Positions 1 through 10,148 of a stretch of 64,000 nucleotides of DNA are shown one piece after another. The DNA comes from Anthoceros angustus (Eukaryota > Plantae > Anthocerotophyta), in contig VJWM01000068.1 of assembly GCA_010909165.1 (NCBI GenBank), positions 310,001 through 374,000 on the forward strand. The letters are read 5' to 3'. Both the position numbers and the translations under genes were made by a program. Each line of letters begins with the position of its first letter. The stretch's first letter is position 1. The notes below the pieces were generated by a model. The model ran no database searches and was not told the DNA's origin. It saw only the letters and a list, made by a program, of their open reading frames with translations.

Positions 1-1278
1 TGCCAGCCAGCCAATGGTTTATCATTCCCAGCCTCTTAATATTCCAATATGGATTGCTTTCTCTTCCTCAACCAGGTCTGTCATTGACAAACTTCAAATT
101 GCAGGCTATTATCAGTTTTGTGCCTACAACTTATAATGTGCAATATTCTTGCCAAAGCTATCCAATAAACGGATGCAAAGTGAGAGCTTGGGATTATTCT
201 GAGATTGACAAGAATCCGTTGTTGTGTATGCCTTTTGCTAATGAGTGGATATTTGCCATTTGAAGCCCTGTTAGTAAGAAAGGATATAGGATTTTCGATG
301 CAGTAGCAGTGAACTTCCCTGCAAAATAATACAACAAAGGTATGCTAATTTACCCAGCCAGGTTCTTCAGCTCGGGAGTTGGTTTGAGAAGTGCAGGGTT
401 AACAGTTGACAGTAGCCAGTGCTTGGCAATGGCAAGGATGGCCAATCTTCAGGATAATGGCATTTAAAAGTATGTGAACGTGTATTGCACCCCAAAAACT
501 ATCCGAGGGGGAATGATAAACGCAAGTTAGTAACCTATCCCTGGCCAACACAATACCCATTCGATTTTTACTTGTAACATTTATTGCGGAGAAGGTGTTC
601 ACCTCAAACACACTCTTCAACAAACCACCCGGTGTCAGCAAGTACATGTTGCATACTAGAGGTTGCCTCCGTGGTCTCCGTGTGACCCTGTGTGATTAGG
701 GCACATAACACCTCTTTAACGGACTGTCTTAGCGGACTGTTTGCGGAACTGTCTTAACTGTCTGTTTGCTACCAGAATTAATAGCCTATCAGGATGAAAT
801 AGTGATCTCAGTTTCCACGTTAGACAAATGAACGGCCGGAGCGAAGAATCTGGAGTGGAGAGACGGTAATTTTGAAAACTGCGAACTCGCGCTGGCTCTC
901 GGACGCTGAAGTGTCGAGGCCAGGGAATGCGGTGACCGGAGACTTCTCTTTGGGACTCAACTGCGGCTAAGATGCAGCTCCGGCCCTGCTTCCTGTGGGA
1001 TAACTTCATAGCAGTCTCAATTTCTTCTCAATCACTTAGTGTCGGTTCAGAGCGTTCAGCTGCACTGAACGTGGGAGACTTGATATTTAGTGTGCGAACT
1101 TCATCCCGGTACCATGGACCTATTCCGCCCTTCACACCAGGTCGAATTCTCACCCTTTGACCGCATCTCCGCATACTTTTTGTCAACATTGCTGCTGATC
1201 ACAAGGGCCTCGATAGTTTTGTACACCTCCTAAAGCATAATCCTATTGTCCAAAGGCAATTGCAGCCACAACAGGTCA

Positions 1279-1520
1279 CAGGTTGGTAAGATTGCCCAGC
1301 TGCGGGGGGATGCGTCCCGCTAGTTCCTGCGAGTTCCCTTGAAGTTAAGCCACTCTAAACCCTTGGCAAGGTTCCCGATGGCATGGAAGCGGGGATGCTG
1401 CCTTCGAACAAGTTGAAACTGAGGTCCAAAACCTAGAAACTTGTGCTGGCATTGTCGGGAAAGCTTCCTTGCAAACTGTTCCCCGAGAGATTCAAGGAGG
1501 TGAGCAATGGCATGGAGAAG
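1279..1520 (-). pseudogene. Plant extracellular LRR (RLK/RLP-type) gene fragment, frameshifted
   Basis: Manual minus-strand translation gives LLTSLNLSGNSLQGSFP, VLDLSFNLFEGSIPASM and IGNLAKGLEWLNFKG..GRIPPQLGNLTNL. These match the plant LRR consensus LxxLxLxxNxLxGxIPxxLGxL. The region has stops and frameshifts. Confidence 0.85.
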
Positions 1521-1531
1521 AGCAGACAATG

Positions 1532-4510
1532 TTGATTCTATGAGCAGACAATATGGCATCACGCCCACAGTGGATCTATATTGTCTGCTCATAGAATCAA
1601 AGTACGCTTGCCCCTTGCTCACTAGACCTGTATGACTGCATACTGTTAGAAAACTCAGAAACATGACGCCATCTGGTTGTATGCCATCCTGTCTCATGCT
1701 TACGAACAGGTCAAAGACCTCTTTACTGAGTCCTTGACGTGTGTATCCTGCGACCAGTGCTCTCCAGGTGATAATCTTCCTTTTGGGCAACGCATCAAAC
1801 ACCTGCTGGGCATCAACCATGCTCCCAGCCTTTCCGTACATGTTTATCAAGCCGCTGGCTATAAGCACATCATCTTGAAGGTATTGTACTTTAATATGGG
1901 CGAGTAGCTGCCGTCCCAGGTGCAAAGCTGCTAAATTTGCGCAAACTTGCAGGAGGCAGACAAATGGAATTGAGTCAGGTGCAACAACACCTTCTTGCAT
2001 AGCCCTGTTAAGACCTAGGGCCTCCTACCCCATACCCTGTTGGGAATACCCTCCAATCATGGCATTCCATGTCGCCACATCTTTCTGAAGCAGACTATCA
2101 AATGCGCCCTGAGCACCCTCCAGGCTGCCACACTTTGCGTACATGCACACCAAACTGCCAGCTAACAACAAATCCGGTTGAAGACCTTGTTCTTTAATGG
2201 ATACATGAAGCTGCTTTCCCGTCTCCAAAGCTTGGGGCCCAACACTTGCTCATGTCACAGAACCGGGTGCAACAGTGCCTTCTTCTTGCATAGCCCTGTA
2301 AAGGTGGAGTGCTTCCTGCCCCATGCCCTGCTGGGAATATCCAGATATCATGGCACTCCAAGTCACCACATCTGTCCCCGGGAGGATATCAAAATGACTC
2401 GAGCATCCTCTAGGCTGCCACACTTTGCATACATGTTCACCAAACTCTTGGCCACAATCACATGACGTTGAAGTCCTTGTTCTCTGATTTGTGCATGAAG
2501 CTGCCTTCCGTTCTCCAAAGCTGGACTGCCAACAAGTGCACATGCAAGTAGGAATCATACAAATGTCACAGAATCAGGGACAATGATGCCTTCTTCTTGC
2601 ATTTCCCTGTAAAGACCAAGCGCTTCCTGCCCCATCCCCTGCTGGGAATATCCTGCAATCATGGCGTTCCACGCGACTACATCTTTCTGACCAAGTCCAC
2701 CAAACACACCCTGAGCATCCTGTATGCTGCCACACTTAGCATACATGTTCACCAAACTCTTGGCCACAATCACATGACGTTGAAGTCCTTGTTCTCTGAT
2801 TTGTGCATGAAGCTGCCTTCCGTTCTCCAAAGCTGGACTGCCAACAAGTGCACATGCAAGTAGGAATCATACAATGTCACAGAATCAGGGACACGATGCT
2901 TCTTCTTGCATTTCCTGTAAAGACCAAGCGCTTCCTGCCCCATCCCCTGCTGGGAATATCCTGCAATCATGGCGTTCCACGCGACTACATCTTTCTGACC
3001 AAGTCCACCAAACACACCCTGAGCATCCTGTATGCTGCCACACTTTGCATACATGTTCACCAAACTCTTGGCCACAATCACATGACGTTGAAGTCCTTGT
3101 TCTCTGATTTGTGCATGAAGCTGCCTTCCGTTCTCCAAAGCTGGACTGCCAACAAGTGCACATGCAAGTAGGAATCATACAAATGTCACAGAATCAGGGA
3201 CAATGATGCCTTCTTCTTGCATTTCCCTGTAAAGACCAAGCGCTTCCTGCCCCATCCCCTGCTGGGAATATCCTGCAATCATGGCGTTCCACGCGACTAC
3301 ATCTTTCTGACCAAGTCCACCAAACACACCCTGAGCATCCTGTATGCTGCCACACTTAGCATACATGTCTACCAAGCTGTTGGCTACAAACACATGAGCC
3401 AGAAGTCCTCGTTCCTGAATTTGTGCATGAAGCTGTCCCACACTCCCACATGCCTGCAAGAGGCACACAAATGTCACAGGACTGGGTCCAACGATCCCTT
3501 CATCTTGCATAGACCTGTAAAGTCGAAGGGCTTCCTGCCCCATGCCCTGTTGGGAATACGCTGCTATCATCGCGTTCCAAATCACCACGTTCTTTTCACC
3601 AAGTCCACCAAAGACTCTTTGAGCGTCTTCCAAGCTACCACACTTGGCGTACATGTCCACCAAGCAACTGTAAACAAACAAATTAGGCTCAACACCACTC
3701 GCTGTCCACGCGTTGATGAGCGTTGATGTCCAATTAGACCATGTCCACTCGCCAACACATCAGCATGCACCTACTGCACAAATCTCAAGTCTGCTCCCCT
3801 CCCACAAGCCTGAAGTGCTGCTACAAACCCATGAGCATCGGGCTTCACACTTGACCTCCGCATCCGATGATACAGTAGTATAGCCTGCTTATCTTGCCCG
3901 TGTTGAACATGTCAGAAATTATGGCAGACCACGTAAAGACATCTGGTTTGGCAACCGAGGTGAACACACCCATCGCGTCTTGCAACCTTCCAAGAGAAGC
4001 ATAAATTCTCGTAATGTGGTTGCACAAGAACGTGTCCGAGTTGTATCCCCCTCTCATGGTGAGAGCATGGACACGCCGACCCAGAACCAGATCCTTCTGA
4101 ACCACACAGCTTTTCAACAAAGTATAGAAGAGAGACTGAGATATCCGGCAATCTGTCTGTACCAAAACTCCAAGCGCCTCTACAGCCTCAGTGAGCTGCC
4201 CATGACAACATACTTGGCTCAAGGTTTCCATCGTTTGGGCTCTTTCATATCCTGCATCCCTGTAGTTGGATGTAGGCCCACAAAGGCCCATCTGCATGTC
4301 AAGAACAGCCAGCTCGGTTGGCTCAGCCGGACAGCAGCCCTTCCTAAAGCACCGGCTCTCCAACCAAACTTCCCGTCGCCCTGAGCGAGTGGAGGGCAAT
4401 TCAGATTGTCCGGAAAAGCATACGCCCCTGACCACCAGCAGCTGCGCTAGTGACTTATCTCCATACCCATCATACATTCCTCGGCAATCTCGACAGCATT
4501 GTCTTTGCAA
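1532..4510 (-). pseudogene. PLS-class PPR pseudogene, 3'-truncated in the L2 motif; paralogue of 4625-7690
   Basis: ORF pieces 3845-4510, 3175-3681, 2770-3138, 2555-2830, 2025-2228 and 1320-2000 carry P/L/S motifs. Lesions: CAG>TAG stops (~3775, ~2025), a 50-bp insertion (3703-3752), deletions, and loss of S2/E/E+. Confidence 0.92.
2414..3367. repeat. About three near-identical tandem copies of a 312-bp unit (one P-L-S triplet, 104 aa)
   Basis: catgacgttgaagtcc recurs at 2461, 2773 and 3081. The middle copy lacks 4 single bases. Confidence 0.95.
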
Positions 4511-4624
4511 ACAATTTGTGTCGCCCTTCCTCTAATTCTGGTCCTGTTTGTTCCAGGAGCAAAAATTGTCAGCAGTGATCCATTCAGACACATGGACTTC
4601 CGCCATGCATAGGCTCATCAGCTT

Positions 4625-7600
4625 GTGCTCCTGAAAAATATGTCTGTCTGGGCCGCTACGATTAAGCCATCGTGCAAAGGGCAACACGACCCGGTGGGTG
4701 GACAGTTTCCGTGGACCCAGCAAGGTGGTTGTTTGACGGGCAATCTGGGAGCTCCCTCTGACCTGACTTCAAGCAAGAAAAGCAAGGAAACGGCCAGGTG
4801 CAGCAGCGTCGCAAGATGGCCAGCCCGTAGTGAGGAGAAAAGTGATGGGAAGGATGACCAGCGTTTTCCTCTGGATGGGGAGATGGGTTGTGGTGCCTCA
4901 AATTTCAACCGGAGCTTCTCGGATAATCCGAGGCCTGCAGGATACGAAAGGGGTGTTACGGCAGAAGCGGTGCGGAAGCTGTGTGACGGGGGCCATCTCG
5001 CTGAGGCTGTTGAGGCATTGGGAATTCGGGTGCAGACGGAGTCCGGTATTTCCAGAACTCTCTTCTATGCTGTTCTGAAGAAATGTGTAGTAAAGAAGGA
5101 TCTTGTTCTGGGTCGACGCATGCATGCTCTCACGGTCAAAAGAGGGTATCACACGGACACGTTCCTATGCAATCACGTGCTGCGGATGTATGCTTCTCAT
5201 GGCAGGTTGCAAGACGCGATGGATGTATTCACCGTGGCTGCCAAACGAGACGCCTTCTTGTGGTCTTCGATAATTTCCGCACATGTTAAACATGGACAAG
5301 ACAAGCAGGCCATAAATTTGTATCATGAAATGCGGAGATCAAACGTGAAGCCGGATGGCCATTTATTTGTGGCAGCTCTTCAGGCGTGTGCAAGGGGAGC
5401 AGACTTGAAAACTGGGCAGCAGGTGCATGCTGATATTTTGACCAGTGGCATTGAGCCTGATATATTTGTTTGTAGTTGCTTGGTGGACATGTATGCAAAG
5501 TGTGGCAGCTTGGCCGAGGCTCAAACAGTGTTTGACGGACTTGATGAAAGAAATGTGGTAACATGGAATGCCATGATAGCAGGGTATTCCCAAAAGGGCA
5601 TGGGGCAGGAAGCGCTTCGTGTTTACAGTGCTATGCAGGAAGAAGGCACCGTTGCACCCAACTCCGTGACATTTATGTGCCTACTGCAGGCATGTGCAAG
5701 TGTTGGTGCTCCGGCTTTGCAGAAGGGGAAGCACCTTCATAGACAAATCAGAGAACAAGGACACCTAGGAGATGTGTTGGTGGCCAACAGTTTGGTAAAC
5801 ATGTATTCAAAGTGTGGCAGCCTAGAGGATGCTCAGCAGGTGTTTGATGGACTTCATCAAAAAGATGTGGGGACGTGGACTGCTCTACTAGCAGGGTACG
5901 CTCAGCATGGTATGGGCCTTCAAGCTCTTCACCTTTACAGTGCTATGCAAGAAGACGAGATGGCTGTACCCAATTCTATGACGTTTGTGTGCCTCCTGCA
6001 GGCATGTGCAACTGTGGGGCCCCCTGCGTTGGTAAAGGGAAAACAGCTCCATATTCAGATCAAAGAACATGGACACCAAGTTGATGTGTTTGTAGCCAGC
6101 AGTTTGGTGAATATGTATGCAAAGTGTGGCAGCTTGGAAGATGCTCAGACTGTTTTTGATGGGCTTCTTGAAAAGAATGTGGTGACATGGACTGCGATGA
6201 TTGCAGGGTATTCGCAGCAGGGCATGGGGCAGGAAGCCCTTTGTCTCTACAGCTTAATGCAAGAAGAAGGCATGGCTCTACCCGACGCGGTAACCTCTGC
6301 GTGCCTCCTGCAGGCGTGTGCAAGCGTGGGGACTGCAGCGTTACAGAAGGGGAGGCAGCTTCATGCTCAAATTACTGAACAAGGACATGTATCGGATGCA
6401 TTTGTGACCAGCAGCCTGGTGAACATGTACGCAAAGTGTGGCAGCCTAGAGGATGCTCAGACACTGTTTAATGGACTTGCTAAAAAAGATGTGGTCACAT
6501 GGACTGCTTTGATTGCAGGATATTCCCAGCAGTCCATGGGCCAGGAAGCCCTTCAACTCTACAACGCAATGCAAGAAGAAGGCATAGCTGTGCCCAATGC
6601 CATGACATTTGCATGCCTCCTACAGGCATGTGCAAGTGTGGGTGCCCCAGCTTTGGAGAAGGGAAAGCAGCTTCATACACAGATCAGAGAACAAGGATTC
6701 CAAGCAGATGTGTTTGTAGCAAACAGCTTGGTAAACATGTACGCTAAGTGTGGCAGCCTAGAGGATGCCCGAAGAGTGTTTGATGGACTTGGCCATAAAG
6801 ATGTTGTGACCTGGACTGCTTTACTTGCAGGATATTCTCAGGAGGGCTTGGGACAGGAAGCCCTTCGTGTCTACGGTACAATGCAAGAAGAAGGCATAGC
6901 TGTACCCGATGCCATGACGTTTGTGTGCCTCCTGCAGGCATGTGGAAATGTAGCAGCTTTTCTTCTGGGAAGACAGCTACATGCACAGATTGAAGAACAA
7001 GGCCTTCAAGCTGACTTGTTCGTAGCCGGCAGTTTGATAAGCATGTATGGGAAGTGCGGGAGCACAGTTGATGCACAGAAGGTGTTCGATGCGTTGCCCA
7101 AACGAGACGTTGTGATCTGGAGTGCACTGATTGCAGGCTACACCTCGCAAGGAGAGCACGAAGTGGTCTTTGAGTTGTTGAAGAAAATGAGAGAGGATGG
7201 CATACAGCCAATTGGGATCACATTCTGCAGTGTCCTAACAGTATGCAGTCATGCCGGTCTAGTGAACCAGGGGAAAGAGTACTTTGAGGATATGAGCAGA
7301 CAATTTGGCATCACTCCTACGATGGAGCACTACACATGCATGGTCGATCTGCTGGGCCGTGCAGGCCGACTGGACGAGGCACTAGGTTTTGTAACGACAA
7401 TGCCTGTACTCCCAAGTGTTGCGGTTTGGCACACTCTGTTGGGTGCTTGTCGAAAGTGGAGCAACGTGGAGGTGGGACGAGCTGCGTTCACTCAAGCAGT
7501 GAAGCTAGAGGAGAGAGATCCTGCCACATATTTGCTGATGTCTAGCATATACACCGGTGCCCAGATGTGGGAGCAAGCACAGGAGATGCAGGCGAGGAGA

Positions 7601-7690
7601 GTAAGAATTCAGGCATGGAAGCAGCCAGGTCAGAGCTGGTGGACAGACATGGACGGACTGGTGCATAGTTTCCGAGTTGGGGATAAGTAA
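4625..7690 (+). CDS. PLS-class PPR RNA-editing factor: ~23 P/L/S motifs + E1/E2 + truncated DYW:WW-type PG box (E+)
   Basis: Intact single-exon 1021-aa ORF with repeating S(31)/P(36)/L(37) motifs and P2-L2-S2-E1-E2. It ends WKQPGQSWWTDMDGLVHSFRVGDK*. The true start codon is uncertain (4625 or later). Confidence 0.97.
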   Translation: MLLKNMSVWAATIKPSCKGQHDPVGGQFPWTQQGGCLTGNLGAPSDLTSSKKSKETARCSSVARWPARSEEKSDGKDDQRFPLDGEMGCGASNFNRSFSDNPRPAGYERGVTAEAVRKLCDGGHLAEAVEALGIRVQTESGISRTLFYAVLKKCVVKKDLVLGRRMHALTVKRGYHTDTFLCNHVLRMYASHGRLQDAMDVFTVAAKRDAFLWSSIISAHVKHGQDKQAINLYHEMRRSNVKPDGHLFVAALQACARGADLKTGQQVHADILTSGIEPDIFVCSCLVDMYAKCGSLAEAQTVFDGLDERNVVTWNAMIAGYSQKGMGQEALRVYSAMQEEGTVAPNSVTFMCLLQACASVGAPALQKGKHLHRQIREQGHLGDVLVANSLVNMYSKCGSLEDAQQVFDGLHQKDVGTWTALLAGYAQHGMGLQALHLYSAMQEDEMAVPNSMTFVCLLQACATVGPPALVKGKQLHIQIKEHGHQVDVFVASSLVNMYAKCGSLEDAQTVFDGLLEKNVVTWTAMIAGYSQQGMGQEALCLYSLMQEEGMALPDAVTSACLLQACASVGTAALQKGRQLHAQITEQGHVSDAFVTSSLVNMYAKCGSLEDAQTLFNGLAKKDVVTWTALIAGYSQQSMGQEALQLYNAMQEEGIAVPNAMTFACLLQACASVGAPALEKGKQLHTQIREQGFQADVFVANSLVNMYAKCGSLEDARRVFDGLGHKDVVTWTALLAGYSQEGLGQEALRVYGTMQEEGIAVPDAMTFVCLLQACGNVAAFLLGRQLHAQIEEQGLQADLFVAGSLISMYGKCGSTVDAQKVFDALPKRDVVIWSALIAGYTSQGEHEVVFELLKKMREDGIQPIGITFCSVLTVCSHAGLVNQGKEYFEDMSRQFGITPTMEHYTCMVDLLGRAGRLDEALGFVTTMPVLPSVAVWHTLLGACRKWSNVEVGRAAFTQAVKLEERDPATYLLMSSIYTGAQMWEQAQEMQARRVRIQAWKQPGQSWWTDMDGLVHSFRVGDK

Positions 7691-8423
7691 AGCATGGCTG
7701 TCGAAAGTAAAACATGTCTCTGTCTGCCGTTTCTCCATGCTTTCTCCGAGGTGCCTGGAACGCGGAGCTCACACTCCGCTGCTACAGTTGCTGCCGCTAC
7801 CGCTGTTGGTACCGCAGATGGAGCCCGGTTTTGCCAGATGAGCAGAGCGGGCGCGGCTACCACCATCGTCGTAATCGCCGCCACTGCTTTTCTCGTTTTC
7901 CTCCGTCTGCAGTAACATGGGTATCGAGACTGCACTGAGCATATCACGCTTTCAGCCAAGTGGCAGCTGGGAGCCAGTCTGAGCCAAGTGGCAGCACGCC
8001 AAGCAGGCATCTGCCACTCTGTTCACGATCTGTGGGACTTCTTGGGCTACGACAGAAGCAGATGGGTGGCATCGCAGCATTCTCGATCTTCTTGGGCTAC
8101 GAGAGAAGGCAGATTGGCAGCATTGCAGCATTCTCGATGTGCCTGCGGTTGTAATATGAATCGGATCTTCACTGAAAGATGTTCATCTGCCTTCTTGAAT
8201 GCTTCATTGCAATTCAAACAGTGGCAGGCACATGACCTGGGATCGGGAGCGCAAGCTTGGCAAGGGCGTGCCGATCAGCTCGATGATTCGCCGTGCCCTT
8301 GATCGAAACAAGGGTGATCGGCGAATTCGCCAGCTCGCCCAAGTGCGCACCCTACACAAGAAATGGGAGAGTCGCACAGGCTTCGGAGCTGCAGCTCACA
8401 TTTACTGTGCTCCTCGGTTGCTA

Positions 8424-9990
8424 TCACAGACCCAGCACCATCCTGAGCATGCCGGCTCCGCGCCCTATCCACAGTCTGACCTGGTCTTCCCTGATGTCAT
8501 CCAAGACGTCTGCCAATGTCACACCCCTCCTTCTTGCTGTCCTGCATATGGCAGTGATTGCACGGTGGATGCAAAACAAGTCTGGAAGGAAATCCGAGAA
8601 TTGCAGGCTTGCCGTGAAGGCGTTCTCCCTCGCCACCAACAAGTCCTGCGAACGGAAGCCATGGTCAGTACACTAGACAATCAGTGCACACAACAACAAG
8701 CAGCCAGCCACCCAGCCAGCAACAGCCACCCAGCTCGTAGCTCGCACCCCGGTTAGCAACTGAATGTCTCTGAGAGGAGACACCTCAGGTGCCACATTGC
8801 GTGTGTATCCCCTGGCCTCTCGACGGTCCACCAAATTCTCCACGCCTTCTTCGTATGGTGGTGGTGGCACCAACCCTGCTGACCTCGCCTGCTCCTGAAA
8901 AACATCTGCTGGCACATGTGCTGGCATCGCTCGGCCTGCCTTCACCGGGTGCCGATTCCAGACTCTGCGATACTCTTCTACAGCAGCTTTCATAGCTGGC
9001 AAAAAGCTCTCATGCAAGGAGTGGATGTGCCAGGGATTGGTCCATCCAACTCCCCGCTGTCTTCCAAGTCCTGCATGCAGCCTGCATAATAAAATGCCCA
9101 CTTCTGCCAAAGCGAACGCCAGAAATACCGAATCCGCTGCCAAAAGCAAGCCCCAAATAGTATCTCCCAGCACAACCAGGCAACCGATTGCAACGCACAC
9201 TAACCTGCACTGGAGGCTCCCGGATGAAGCTGCTGCCTCGTGGACTTGGTCTGACTCTCAAAATGTCAGCTGCAATCAGATGATGCTCGACAGCAAAATC
9301 GGATTGTTGGAGACATTGCGGGTGTCCATATGTGCAGACAGCGTCTGCGTAAGCGGTTGTCTCCAGCTTGTTGTCTTCAACCTGAGGCCGAGTGAGAAAG
9401 TGCGTTCCCACATCGATGGCAGCATGCACCCACAGGTGATATCGGGAAAGTTTGTCGTATACTGCACCCACATACCACCAACACCCAATTAGCCTCACAC
9501 CACCGACCCTGCTGACAACCAAAACACAAGTCTAACTCACATCCTATCTCCCACATGAACATGGGCATGTTGGAGGTAGTCTGGATACGATGAATTTGAG
9601 CTCGCCGAGCCACAACACAGTCGGGTTGCAGAACACGGATTGCCTCGTCCACCTGCCGGCTGGATACTCGAATCCCCCTGATACGCAGGGCTGCTCTCAC
9701 AAAGCCCACATCCCAGCTCACTCTTGCAAATGAAATGCCCTCGACAATCAACCTACACACCTCCTCGGTTGTTCGAGGTGCGAGGCGTGCTGGCCGAACC
9801 TCATCCTGCAATGCACCGAGCCTCTACCATTAGCACCCAACTGCTTGTGCCCACCAGACGAGATTCAGCCCATCCTTACCATCTCCCGCTTTCCTCCCCT
9901 TCCGACCGCGCAGCGCCTTCGTCCCCATGCCACCAAATTTTTCTCCACGACCTGGTCCTTCAAACGAAGTGCAGGCTGCGCAAGCGGGAG
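8424..9990 (-). CDS. Spliced eukaryotic IS3/IS481-like integrase-core (DDE) gene; one frameshift; possibly domesticated or pseudogene
   Basis: Motifs: GFVRAALRIRGIRVSSRQV, YDKLSRYHLWVHAAID, DNKLETT, YGHPQCLQQSD, RIRYFWRSL, LEDSGELD, HSLHESFLP, WNRHP. GT-AG introns 9879-9806, 9540-9462 and 9204-9137 join the frames exactly. A further acceptor lies at 8646. Confidence 0.75.
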
Positions 9991-10148
9991 CCTTACGCAC
10001 TTACCGGCTTACTGAACCTGGTTATGACAAGCTTCTCAGTATCCGATAAGGTAGGTCTTTAGCCGGATGAAGAGCTTCACCCCGAAGGCCTTGGCACCAG
10101 GAAGCAAGTGAAGGCTTTGAGGCTTGAGGATCACACAGTGCGTTCAGG

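Noticed and set aside
1-1270. Short ORFs at the window start
   Set aside because: No recognisable motifs or consistent exon structure.
2414-3367. Regularly spaced repeats considered as a CRISPR-like array
   Set aside because: The units are contiguous coding PPR triplets with no unique spacers, in a eukaryotic context.
7960-8140. Short 14-bp and ~50-bp tandem repeats next to the integrase gene, considered as subterminal repeats
   Set aside because: No matching inverted terminus or TSD was found near 10.0-10.1 kb.
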